A DNA stretch of 63,537 nt, filler included, from Thraustochytrium aureum (GCA_012862495.1; 7 parts of 3 records of this genome joined end to end with filler, not necessarily neighbours in it); one strand, 5' to 3'. Positions 35,589-46,380 are shown, counted from the whole stretch's first letter. Translations and numbers: made by a program. Notes: generated by a model from the sequence alone, not told the origin.

Positions 35589-38115
35589 ATGGCGGAGAAT
35601 GCGGCGAAGGACGCAGAGCTGCCGGCAGCGGACGGCCAACGCGAGGAGCTGGACGAGGACATTGTGGGCGTTGCTGTCGCAGACGAAGCGGAGAAAGGTG
35701 ATCTGGTGGACGATGGTGTTCCCGACTTTGCACAGTTCCTGGAAGAGGTGGAAGGGGAGCATGCCGAGGCCACCTCAAAGGAGAGCGCCGAAGTGGCGCA
35801 CCAGCGAGAGCTCGCACAGGTTGTGCAAGAGATGCTTAATGGCGCTGGGGGGTCCGCGGACGAGAGCGGCGATGGGGTTGTTGTTCCAAAACGGGACGGG
35901 CGACGCCTTCTGTTCCAAGGCGGGCTTGTCGGCGCCGCGCAAGTTTGTCCTGCTGCGACAACAGCCGACGGCGCGGCAATCTCGCCGGGGCGCTCGCGAA
36001 GCACCGAAAAGCGGCCAAGCCTCTTTTCGACCACGCGGACGTTCTTCAAGACGAAGGTCGGAAAGGCCCTGGCAAATCCGCGAGGCAGCGAGGGCGAGGT
36101 CGCCTGGCTCCCCAGTTTCGCGGACGTGAAGCACGTTGTTGAGGCGCTCGCGGCTGGCGGAGAGGAAAAGAACGCGGTCCAGACGCTCACTCAGGTTGTC
36201 CTGTTCGACGACTTGCTCGTTCTAGCGAGACCTTCGAGCAAGCACGGCACACTGGTCCCGCTCGCCGCGATGAGGCTTGAAGACCTCTCAATTCGTGACG
36301 TCGGGTCGCCGGTTTACGTTTTCGAGGAGCCCCTGTCTGACGATGACGGCTCGGACAGCGAAGGTGACGAACAAGGTGCCGGCGAAGACTCGGCTGCGCC
36401 TGGCATGGACCTGGCCTCAAATACGCTCGAGGTGCGCGACGCTCTGTCGCGGTGTTCGTACCTGCTTGACACGGGCGGCTCGGGCCACAAGGCGCTGTGG
36501 CTGGACCAGCTCCTTTGCGCCATTGAACAGCGCGTCGTGCAGGTTGCGCCGGTCCGAACAGCGGCGCTGGGCTGGAGACACGAGATTCTGCGAGGCACGC
36601 TGTGGGCTGCCGCGCGCGAAGGCAACGTTTGCCAGGTTGGCCGTATACTGCGACACCACTGCGATGCGGGTCAAGGGGGCGAGGTGGAGATTGACGCCGT
36701 CGACCAGGAAGGAGCTACTGCGCTTCACTACGCTGCTTGGTCGGGCCGGGCTTTGATTGCCAAGCAACTGCTCGCGAAGGGGGCCCAGGCGAACAGCCTG
36801 GATAACGAGCTCGCCACGCCGTTGCACCTTGCGGCAGGCAGGCTGCACGCCGCCGCTGTGCGCGCTCTCGCCGAGAATGGAGCAGACGTGGACGCGCGCG
36901 ACTTGAAGGACGAAACGCCAATGCTACGGGCTTGGGAGCGCGCCGAGACCAACCTCGCAGCGGGGGTGGATACCGGCGCGACAAAGGCTGCGCTTGTGGA
37001 GCTAGTCGAGGCCCTTGGTGCCGCTGGGGCGGATCTCGAGTGGGGCGGTCTCTCTGGTCGACCTCCTTTGCTGCGCGCCGCCGAGAGCGGCGATGCGGAT
37101 GTTGTGACCGCGCTTTTGAACGCGGGCGCGGCGCCCGACGGGCCCCCTGGCCAGCGCTGCACGCCGTTGAGCGCACTTTGCCAACGGGCACCGCCCAACT
37201 TGGTGCTCATGTCCAAGCTTTTGACGTGGGGAGCCAATCCCAACGCGCAGGACGAGGCAGGCAACACCCCGTTGTACCTCCTTGCTCTGCTTCGCGCACA
37301 AGGCGGGTTTGAGGAGGACGCTGGGCACGCTGCGGCCTTGCTGGTGTCGTTTGGAGCTCGGCCCGGGCTCGTCTGTGGGCCCGGGGGGGTGGGTGCTCCT
37401 GAAATTCTGGCTCCGTTTGGGGCCGAGCTTGCGGACGCTGAGCGGGCCTGGGCCGCGAAACCGAGCCGGCGTGCGTGCGCCGCTTGGCACAGACACACCC
37501 GTACCGCATCCCGTTCGCGACTCAGCCCGGCGCAACTAACTGGGAGGACGACGAGTCTGTGGCGAGATGCAAGTCGTGCGCGACGTTGTTCAGGCTGATG
37601 GTGCGGCGGCACCACTGCCGCCGGTGCGGGCGCGTGGTGTGCGCGAGCTGCTGCAGTAAGCAGTTCACCTTGCGCAATCCGTCGACGGAAGGACCGTCGG
37701 CGGCGGCTGCCGGGACCCCGGAGCAGGTCAAAGTCTGCGTATCCTGCTTTAACGCGCTTGGGCCGATCGTGTCTGTGCTGCGCGAGACCTTGTTGGCCAC
37801 AGCGTTGGCCAAGGCGACCTTGACCGCGATCGCCTCTTTAGCGGCGCCAGAGCGCCGTCTCAGCGCCCAGGCGCGGGCTCGACGCCGACGGCCAAGGGAG
37901 CGGCGAAGCCGGAGGCTTCGGTCGGGCTGGCTGCTCGGGCGCACCAAGCGCTCCAACAAGCGCAAGAGAGCTTGGCAGAGCGAGGCGAGAGGTTGAGCCG
38001 CCTCGCCGATTCGTCGGCGGCGATGAACAACAACGCAGCCAACTTTTCGTCGATCGCCCGCCAGCTGCGGGAGAGGGAGGAGAAGAAGGCCGGCTGGTTC
38101 GGCTCGTTGTTTTAG
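35589..38115 (+). CDS. PH-like + ankyrin repeats + FYVE zinc finger + C-terminal tomosyn/amisyn-like R-SNARE helix; apparent frameshifts near 37480 and 37760
   Basis: PH-like VVLFDDLLVLAR..KALWLDQLLCAI. ANK repeats GATALHYAA, TPLHLAA and GNTPLYLL. FYVE motif WEDD..CKSC..RRHHCRRCGRVVCASC..KVCVSCF. The final frame (absent from the ORF track) reads AQESLAERGERLSRLADSSAAMNNNAANFSSIARQL..GWFGSLF, stop 38113-38115. Confidence 0.85.
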
Positions 38116-38388
38116 GTCGCAAGAGAAGAAAGGAAAGGACTTGATTGGTTGCTACCTACGCACAGCGCTTTAGTCGACACGAACGTAGTGGCCCCGGGCC
38201 GCCGCCCAACGAGGTGGAAAGGAGGAAAACCCCATAAGGAAAGGGAAGGAAGCATGCAAGTCGGCTCTGGCAAGGGAGGCGCTCGGCGGCGCCGTCGGGT
38301 CAAGGCAAGGCGAAGCGCAAGCGAATAAAACGACAGTTTCGTCGGGTTGCTGTAGGTACAAGCTGCTGGGCGCAAGTGCGCCCCGCGG

Positions 38389-39110
38389 CTAGCCCTCGAG
38401 GCTCTTTGACGCGATCCTCCGCACCCGCTTCTTGTACTCTTTCACGTCCGAGGTGTAGAGCTTGGCAGCCTCCGGGTTCGCCGGCGAGTTCGGGTTCGGG
38501 TCCGTCAGCAAGCTCTGGATCGAAGTCAGGATCGTGCTCGTCGTGTAAATGGGGCTCCACTGGTCCTGGATAATGTCCAGGCACAGCGTGCCGTCCGAGT
38601 ACACGTTCGGGTGGAACATCTCGCACGTGAATCGGACCTTTGGCGGCTTGGATGGGTACTCGGTGGGGAACTGGAGCCGCAGCCCGTAAATGCCGCCTTC
38701 CCATGGGCTCTCGTCAGGGCCAATGATGCTCGCGTTCCAAACGAAGAGGTTGCGCTCGCTCGCCGGGGCAGCGCTGCAGCCCTCCGGCGGCTCATTATGC
38801 ATCTCCTTCAGATCCGACATGAGCCTTTGTTTCGAGGCGGTCGACGCCCCGGCGCCAGCCGTTGCCGCCGCACTCGNNNNNNNNNNNNNNNNNNNNNNNN
38901 NNNNNNNNNNNNNNNNNNNNNNNNNNNNNNNNNNNNNNNNNNNNNNNNNNNNNNNNNNNNNNNNNNNNNNNNNNNNNNNNNNNNNNNNNNNNNNNNNNNN
39001 NNNNNNNNNNNNNNNNNNNNNNNNNNNNNNNNNNNNNNNNNNNNNNNNNNNNNNNNNNNNNNNNNNNNNNNNNNNNNNNNNNNNNNNNNNNNNNNNNCCT
39101 CCGTGCTCAT
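38389..39110 (-). CDS. UBC2: Ubiquitin-conjugating enzyme E2, Rad6/UBC2-like; gap 38877-39097, start tentative
   Basis: STASKQRLMSDLKEM..WNASIIGPDESPWEGG..YPSKPPKVRF..FHPNVYSDGTLCLDIIQDQWSPIY..SIQSLLTDPNPNSPANPEAA, with the catalytic Cys present. Confidence 0.93.
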
Positions 39111-39225
39111 CTCGTCCCGCCGCCACCGACCTTCCTCCACAGCCCGCGCCGCCCGGCACCACAACACAACAGAGCGTTGCGGCCGTTCCTTCAGCCCGCG
39201 CAGCCAGCCAGCGCTTTCCGCCGCC

Positions 39226-39285
39226 CAACCCAAACCAAACCAACCAAACCAGCCAAACCAAACCAAACCAAACCAATCCTATCCT

Positions 39286-39331
<46 letters not shown>
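39226..39331 (+). repeat. Compound microsatellite (CAAAC)n-(ATCCT)n-(GCCT)n
   Basis: Directly visible upstream of UBC2. Confidence 0.9.
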
Positions 39332-39492
39332 CAGCGGTCTCGCCTGGGCTGCGTTGCTGTCCTGCACTGCGGCCGGCTCTGGAGTCTGGAGCCCTCCCGT
39401 GTCTCTTCTTCGCGCAACATCCGCACGTGCTGACGCTCTACTGCACCGGCCAGCGGCACCATGACGTCACTCGTGGCCTACCTACGCCCTCT

Positions 39493-39536
39493 TTCTTGAA
39501 ATTGATTGATAGATCAAGATTGATGGATTTCAAGAA
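39493..39536. promoter_or_regulatory. AT-rich perfect 10-bp inverted repeat, each arm containing TTCnnGAA
   Basis: TTCTTGAAAT (39493-39502), 24-nt spacer, ATTTCAAGAA (39527-39536). Regulatory role is inferred. Confidence 0.55.
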
Positions 39537-39552
39537 CTGTCAATGGAAGGGA

Positions 39553-39845
39553 TGACGTCATGCCGTGGATGGCGCCACTCGCCGTGCGCCGTGATGGTGC
39601 TCACGTCATGCAGATTATGGCGCCATCATGAACTGCGGGCGAGGTGCGTGACGTCATGAGGAGCGTGTCGTCATTGTTTATGAAGAGCATCGTGCGTGAC
39701 GTCACGCCGCATGGCGCCACCATAGACAACGCGCGGTATAGATGACGTCATGACGAACATGGCGCCATCACAACCGCAGAGCGCTACCCGTGACGTCATC
39801 TGCGGCCTGCGCCAGCCCTGAACCTCGCAGACAGCGATGACGTCA
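39553..39845. repeat. Phased ~48-bp array of TGRCGYCA palindrome pairs with unique 23-nt spacers
   Basis: TGACGTCA (or TCACGTCA) at 39553, 39601, 39649, 39697, 39743, 39791 and 39838. TGGCGCCA or a variant at 39570, 39618, 39666, 39712, 39760 and 39807. Confidence 0.9.
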
Positions 39846-40168
39846 TCTCTCGACCCGACCGCACTGTGGCCGCCCCTCGCCGATTGAATCGATGCCGCTT
39901 GCTGCGAAGCACGAGCGCCAGGGGCGTAATCGGCGCGAAATCGATTGAACAGGGGGATTAACGTGGGACAGAGGGCTGCCGGAGGTGCACGACCACTGAT
40001 GGACGACTGCAATGCGTGAGGCGGCGCGGCAGGCACGCGACGCGGAAGGCAGCCATCGCGCCCGGCCAGAGGCACGCTGCTGCTGCGAGGTCTCGTTGGG
40101 TCCGTCGGTCTGCGCGCTTGGGAGGGTCGGCGGAGTTGCTTGCTGCGGCGCGGCGCGGCTCGGCAAGG

Positions 40169-40861
40169 ATGGACACGCTCAACCAACGATGGGCGAAGGA
40201 CAAGTCCAAGTTCGGGTACCAGATGCTCGTGAAAATGGGGTGGAGCGAGGGCAAAGGTGCCGGGAAGAATGAGGACGGCATGGCCTCGCACGTCAAGGTG
40301 AAGAAGCGCCAAGACCAGCTCGGACTCGGCACGGAGGTCGACAACGCAGGGAACGCTGCCTTTCTTGGGCAGATCTCTGGGTTCGCTTCCGTGCTCGCGA
40401 ACCTCAACGCCGTGCATGGCTCCAGCGCGGCGAAGGGCAAGCGCAAGAGGGCGAACGACAACGACTCGACAGACGCCGACAGCGACTCGAACTCGGCCGC
40501 CGTCGAAAACGACGGAGAAACGGACGCCAGAGCAAGAAAGGACAAGAAAAAGCGCAAGAAGGAGAGTCGCAAAGCCGGCAAGCCCCACTTTGGGCTCGGC
40601 AGCGACGCGAGCGACGCCGGGAGCAAGGACGGCGCCGAAGAGAAAGCCAAAAAGCAGAAGAAGAAGCTTGAAAAGGCGGCCAAAAAAGCTAAAAAGGCCA
40701 AGCGCGACGTCGCGACGGAGCGCAAAGCGCACGCGAGGCTGATGCGCGCAAAGGACGTTTCGCGCTACTCGCGCACCGACCTCAACGCCATCCTCGGCGT
40801 GGCCGGCACCGTCCGCGACGTATTTGGGAGCATTTCCGCTGCCGAGTCTGCCGCGTCATAG
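40169..40861 (+). CDS. G-patch protein, PinX1/Pxr1(Gno1)-like
   Basis: N-terminal NQRWAKDKSKFGYQMLVKMGWSEGKGAGKNEDG..VKVKKRQDQLGLG, FASVLANLN, Lys-rich tail and KDVSRYSRTDLNAILG. Confidence 0.88.
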   Translation: MDTLNQRWAKDKSKFGYQMLVKMGWSEGKGAGKNEDGMASHVKVKKRQDQLGLGTEVDNAGNAAFLGQISGFASVLANLNAVHGSSAAKGKRKRANDNDSTDADSDSNSAAVENDGETDARARKDKKKRKKESRKAGKPHFGLGSDASDAGSKDGAEEKAKKQKKKLEKAAKKAKKAKRDVATERKAHARLMRAKDVSRYSRTDLNAILGVAGTVRDVFGSISAAESAAS

Positions 40862-42099
40862 GCCCTTGCTTTCTCACTTGGATTCGGTAGTCGCTTGCGC
40901 GATGGAGGCGCTGCGCAGCGAGTCGAGCTCCTCCCGTATTGTACTCACGAGCTGGCCCAGGTGCCCTTCGCTCATTAGGCTCCGCATGACCAGGCGGCAG
41001 TCAAGCTTTTCGTTTTGTCGCGAGCCGGCCTCGAGGGGTGGCGGTTGAGCTTCTTTGCGCCCTCGTCTTTTCTGTGCAGCGCTGGACAGGTCCGCCCCAC
41101 CGCCGCGCCTCCCTTCGCCAACGGCGGTGCGCTTCAGGTGTTCTCGGAGCCGTTCCCTGGAGGCCTCTAGCCGAGCTTGAGCGTGAGCCAGTGTTTTCAG
41201 CAGGACCGGCGTGCCTTCGCGCGCGCGCGGGGATTTATTACTTGGGCGCTTCCGTACGCTGCGACCTTGCGCTGCAGCTTGGAGATTGATTACAGCAAAT
41301 TTGCTTTTGCTGTGCGCGGGGAGCACGACCCACTCGTCGTCGCCACTAGTTCAAGCACCATGTAAGCTGTGTGTCATCCATTTTCCATTTGCATCCCAAC
41401 TTACAGCTCCGCGTTCACTCGCCGCGAGCCCGCTCTTCGCGGCGCGCTGGCCTTGTCGCCCTTGCACCCTGCCCTGTGCTTTTTGAGGGGGTTTGCCTCG
41501 GCTGAGGCTGCGCGACCCGCCGCCTCGCGCGCCTGGCGTCTTCGCGCCATCTTGGCCCGTTGCACCCGTTTTGCATTGTGGTACGCGAGCGCAACGTCCG
41601 CAGCGCTTCGTGGCTCTGACGGCATGCGTGCGCGACGCAGCCCAAAAGGTCGAGCCTGCTGGCAGCCTAATCTGGAGCTGCGCGCGTGGCGCGGAGGAAG
41701 AGCGAGAGCGCTGGCAGGCCGTGCGGCAGTTTGGCCACGCACGGTCTGAAAAAGTTGACCGCTGTGGAACTGCCGCACCGACGGCTGGGGCATCATCTCA
41801 CAGCGCCTCTGCTGAGGCTGCACGCTGGAGAGCATTCGGAGCTTGAAGCCTGCGCCGAATCAAATGGGTCACGAGCTTCGTTCGTCTCGGTTGGTGGCGA
41901 GACTTGACTGCCCATGCGATCGCAATCGCTCAGCACGTGCCCGACGGACGCGCGGGTCCCGCTCCACACTCGCACGCGGTGTGGATGGGTTGGATGGTGG
42001 AAAGGGGTGAGAAATGGGTCGAAACAGCGTTTCTCGCTACGGCAATTGGCTAAAGGCCGTGAGCGCGACTACCAAGTAATACTTGCGAGGCCCGCTGCG

Positions 42100-43611
42100 T
42101 CACGGCGAATGCAAGGGCGCTGGATGTGCCGCTGTCTCCAGGTAGGGCTCGAGGGCGGTCAGAGTGAACCGAAGGTCCTCTAGGATGCGGCCCACACGCT
42201 TGCGCTTGGAGCGCGTGATGTGCTTGGAGGCCTCGAAAGCGGCGAAGAGCTCTGCCGCCGAACTCGGCATGGACGCGGACGTGGAAACCGTCAGAGCCGC
42301 ACCGCGGCGGCTCTGTAGCTCGCGCTCGGCATCCTCCAAACGCGCGTTAGTGGTGCTCAGCTCGTTGTGCGCGGCCTCCAGCTGCTTTGCAGTCTTGCTC
42401 ACTTGGGCTTGCAAAACCTGCGTCCACTCTACTTCCTTGTGCTTGATGACCTCGAAGCGGGACTTCCACTTGTCCTTGAGCAGATGCAAGACCNNNNNNN
42501 NNNNNNNNNNNNNNNNNNNNNNNNNNNNNNNNNNNNNNNNNNNNNNNNNNNNNNNNNNNNNNNNNNNNNNNNNNNNNNNNNNNNNNNNNNNNNNNNNNNN
42601 NNNNNNNNNNNNNNNNNNNNNNNNNNNNNNNNNNNNNNNNNNNNNNNNNNNGTTCGAAGGCCTGCAATCTCGGTGCAGACGCCCCGGATCTCCTCTTGCG
42701 ACGCCTGCGGCTCAGCTGGGACGTCCGTTTGGACGCCTACCTCGACGCTCTGCTTGCTGAATGCGCGAGTCAGCTGCTCCTCCGTCGCTGCGAGGCGCGC
42801 CTCCACTTGAGCAATCTCCTTGCGCGCCGCGAATTTGGCGAGCTCCCTGCTCGCTTCTTCGAAAACCGCGCGAGCGCGCCCCCGCGCAACCGCTTCCTCG
42901 AGGCTCTTTTCCAAGGCCTCGATGTCGCGGTGGGCGAGCTTGACCAGCGCACGCAAGGACGCCTCGTCGGCATGCTCGAGACCAGATGCCGGTCCATTTT
43001 TTCCTGACAGGCTCCCGAGCGCTTCCGAAAAGCTCGCGCGCCGCTGCCTGGGACTGCTTGGGGCGGAGTCGGGCGGGTCTTGATCAAGAGGCGGACTTGC
43101 GCTGGCCTTGCACTGCGCTTCTGCGATCTCGTCCTCAAGCTCGCTGACTTTACGCTTGTGCAGCTCCAGCTCAGCGCGGAGGTCGCTTTGGAGGTGGTGC
43201 TGCTTTGCAAGCTGCGTCCTCAGGTCGCTGACGACATGCGTCTGGGCTTCGCGGTGGGCCGTGAGGTGGTCGAGCTGCTTTGTGGCGGCGACCATGGCGG
43301 CATGCGTCTTTGCATGCCTGGCCCGCTCCTCCATCAAGGCGGCACGTGCGACACTCGCTTCTGTGGTGTCCCGCAGCGCTTGCTTGCAGCGTTGAACATC
43401 CAGGACGCTCACCGACTCGAGAAACAAAAGGAGGCCCTTCGGCGCGCGCCCGCGCGCTTTGCAGACCTGCTCGGCCGTGCTGCACGCCTTGCTCGGGTCC
43501 AAGAGGCGCTCTAGCGATGCGACCCGCAACGCACCTGTCGAAGCCTCGTCTGCTTTGATGGCGAGCTCCACGCGAGCGTCTTGCAAGGACGACCCGCGAC
43601 TCTCTGCCAGG
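42100..43611 (-). CDS. Coiled-coil protein segment, probably the continuation of the gene at 43712-45542; gap 42494-42651
   Basis: Heptad-rich E/K/L/A/Q frames 42429..43586 and 42100..42489, on the same strand as the upstream coiled-coil ORF. True 3' end unclear; it may extend towards 40874. Confidence 0.6.
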
Positions 43612-43711
43612 NNNNNNNNNNNNNNNNNNNNNNNNNNNNNNNNNNNNNNNNNNNNTTAATTAATTAANNNNNNNNNNNNNNNNNNNNNNNNNNNNNNNNN
43701 NNNNNNNNNNN
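43612..43711. other. Artificial assembly linker (44N-TTAATTAATTAA-44N)
   Basis: Same 100-nt structure. Confidence 0.97.
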
Positions 43712-45542
43712 TTTCACAGCCGCGAGTCAGGTTCTTCACCCGAAGCCCATCTCCGCTCTTGTGCTCGAGCTCGTCGGCTTCCCCGCCGTCGTTGTTGAGG
43801 AGGGCGATTTCAGACACTTCCTCGTCATCTATAGCACCGGCAATCGCGGGGGCAGGGCCTGGCGCTATCGCGCCGCTGATGTGCAGCTCTGCAAGAGTTA
43901 TGCCCGTGCAGAACGATCCGGGTGCGGCATCCCCACAAAGCGCGGTGAGCTGCAGGCTCGCCGTTTCTAGATCGCTTCGTAGGGTGTTGCACCAGCGTTC
44001 TCGCTCTTTGGCGACGCGGCTGAGGTCCAGGTACTTTTGCTTTTGCTTGTCGAGCTGCTCCGTTGTCCCTGAGAGACGCTCCATTGCCTCTTCGCGCTGG
44101 ATGCGCAGGGCTTTGCAGGTCGCTTTGAGCTGCTCGACCTGCTCTTCGAGGCGGTGTTGGTCATCCCGCTGTTTGACGAGCATTCTCTTGAACAGGTTTT
44201 GCAGCGCTTGGGTCCTCAGGTCCGCGCATGCCTGCATCACTCCTGCTGCTATTGCGTGCCCTGCTGTCGTTTGGGCGAGCAGGCGAATGACAAAGTCGTT
44301 CCGCTGTTCCTGGTCTGCGCTGTGCTGCAAAAGCACGGACTGCCCGTACGGGGTCTTTGCGGCGTCCGTTGTTCCTGCCCCTTGTGCTACCGTGGCCTGC
44401 GCGCGGACCTCGGCGGCTCGGATGCGCAGCTTGAGAAGGCACTGGTTGAACCGCACAGTCTGCTCTGTGTATGGTGCTTCGCGAAACGAGGGGAGCGAGC
44501 TCAGGTTGCGCGGGGCTTTGTTTGCGGCGTGCAGGGCTGTCGCGTAGCGAACCATACGGATTGCAAGGGAGAGCATGTGCTCGGGGACGACGACCTGGGA
44601 GCCGGCCAGGAACAAAAAGTACTCTGCTAGCTGTCGCTCAGCGAGGAGCCGCCACCCGTCAGTCCCTGCCTGCACGTTGCGTAGCTTGGCCGGATCGCCC
44701 GCCGTCTCGTTCAACAAGCGGGCACGTCTGGCAATATGGTCTAGCGTGCGCTTGCTCTCTGGGTAGCGCGCTTCCGCAAAGAACGCAAAGACCTTGTGCG
44801 CTGGTGCAGCAGCGGCGGCCCTGCTGCGCTGCGCCTCCGACAGGGCCGCAGACGCGGCGTCGGCACTGGGCCGAGGAAACGTCACGCGGATGCCGTGCAT
44901 CCAGCAGCCAGCTTGCGCGGTCTGAGCGCGTAGCTGGCGCGACTCGTTGAAGGCGAGAAAGGCCTGCTCCACGTTTTCAACGTGGAGCCAGTACAGCTGC
45001 TCGTGGAAAACGTGCACTTTTACCTTTGGGATTTGCAGGAGCTCTTCGATGACCCGGGGGATCAGCCCGTGGCTCGAAGGGAACTCTTGTAGGTTGCTAG
45101 CAGGGTCGAGGTCTGCAACAGACCCGCCTGCTGAGCCCTGATTGGCCCCCAGGCAAGGGACGATAGTGGAGACCTGCACGCGCCCCACTTTGGGTTCCCC
45201 CCAGAGGTGCCAGGCGTCCGGCTCGGTGGGGCTCAGCACAAGCACGCTTGCATCTTGCCGGGACCGAAGCCGGCCGAGCACGCGCAGGCCCACCTGCTCG
45301 AAGAGTTGCGCTCGAGCCCCGAATCCGTGTCCCTCCTTGTCACCTGAAGCGACGACGTACTGGGGCTTGTCCGCCGCCGCGCCCACGTTTTCAACGCGAT
45401 CCCCATCCACCGCTGTCTCTGCGCCTAGCCGGGCCGCGCGGGAGCAATCAACGAGCCGCTCTTCCGTATAAAACTCCTTCGCAAGCCTGCCGAGCTGCGC
45501 GGCGAGGTCCAGGCTGCTTGACGGGCTGCCCATGGCCTCCAT
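43712..45542 (-). CDS. Large protein with a possible degenerate kinesin-like head followed by coiled coil (3' end truncated by linker)
   Basis: Open frame of about 610 codons from MEAMGSP. Kinesin-like segments QLFEQVGLRVL..ASVLVL, GLIPRVIEELL, LHVENVEQAFLAFNESRQLRA and MVRYATAL; coiled coil LEEQVEQLKATCKALRIQREEAMERL. Confidence 0.65.
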
Positions 45543-46342
45543 GCCGTCCCAGGAGCACCGAGGCGGCCTCGAGCGGTCGCAAGTAGCTCTGCGTGAGCAG
45601 GGCCGCTGGGTAGGTCGTGCCCGCGTTCGTTTCGCCAGCCCTGCTGCGGCTCTGGCGCCTCGCGGCCCGAGGCCCGCCCTCGCCTGGAAAGCCAGCCAGA
45701 TCCGTTGAAAAATTCTTCGAAACTCGCGCACACCATGCCGGCGCGCAGACAGCATAAAGAGCGTCAAGGGGCAACGAAAAACGGAGAAGGGATNNNNNNN
45801 NNNNNNNNNNNNNNNNNNNNNNNNNNNNNNNNNNNNNNNNNNNNNNNNNNNNNNNNNNNNNNNNNNNNNNNNNNNNNNNNNNNNNNNNNNNNNNNNNNNN
45901 NNNNNNNNNNNNNNNNNNNNNNNNNNNNNNNNNNNNNNNNNNNNNNNNNNNNNNNNNNNNNNNNNNNNNNNNNNNNNNNNNNNNNNNNNNNNNNNNNNNN
46001 NNNNNNNNNNNNNNNNNNNNNNNNNNNNNNNNNNNNNNNNNNNNNNNNNNNNNNNNNNNNNNNNNNNNNNNNNNNNNNNNNNNNNNNNNNNNNNNNNNNN
46101 NNNNNNNNNNNNNNNNNNCACCGCACCACGCAGAACAGAACTCGCCTGTGACAGTTGGAGACAGGCAAGATAGCGAGACAGCCCGCTTGCAGACAGCGCT
46201 TTCCTGCTCGTTAGAAAGACAACAGTAGGCGAGTAACTGCAAGCGCGGGCAGACAGAGCAGACACGTTGCTGCATTACACGGAGGGAGACAGCATAAAGA
46301 GCGTAAAGCGAGACAGACAGCATAAAGAGGGACAAGTGGATG

Positions 46343-46343
46343 G

Positions 46344-46379
<36 letters not shown>

Positions 46380-46380
46380 C
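46343..46380 (+). repeat. (GCAG)n microsatellite followed by (GAGC)n
   Basis: ggcaggcaggcagg.. run upstream of Sec1. Confidence 0.9.

Noticed and set aside
39553..39845. Calling the phased array a CRISPR array
   Set aside because: The repeat is bipartite with a variable internal 7-9 nt, the conserved parts are only 8-9 nt, the context is eukaryotic and no cas genes are present. Reported as an unexplained array instead.
40874..42099. Short minus-strand ORFs (40874..41326, 41401..41835, 41793..41975)
   Set aside because: They may be a frameshifted tail of the coiled-coil gene, but no motif or clear junction supports a model.
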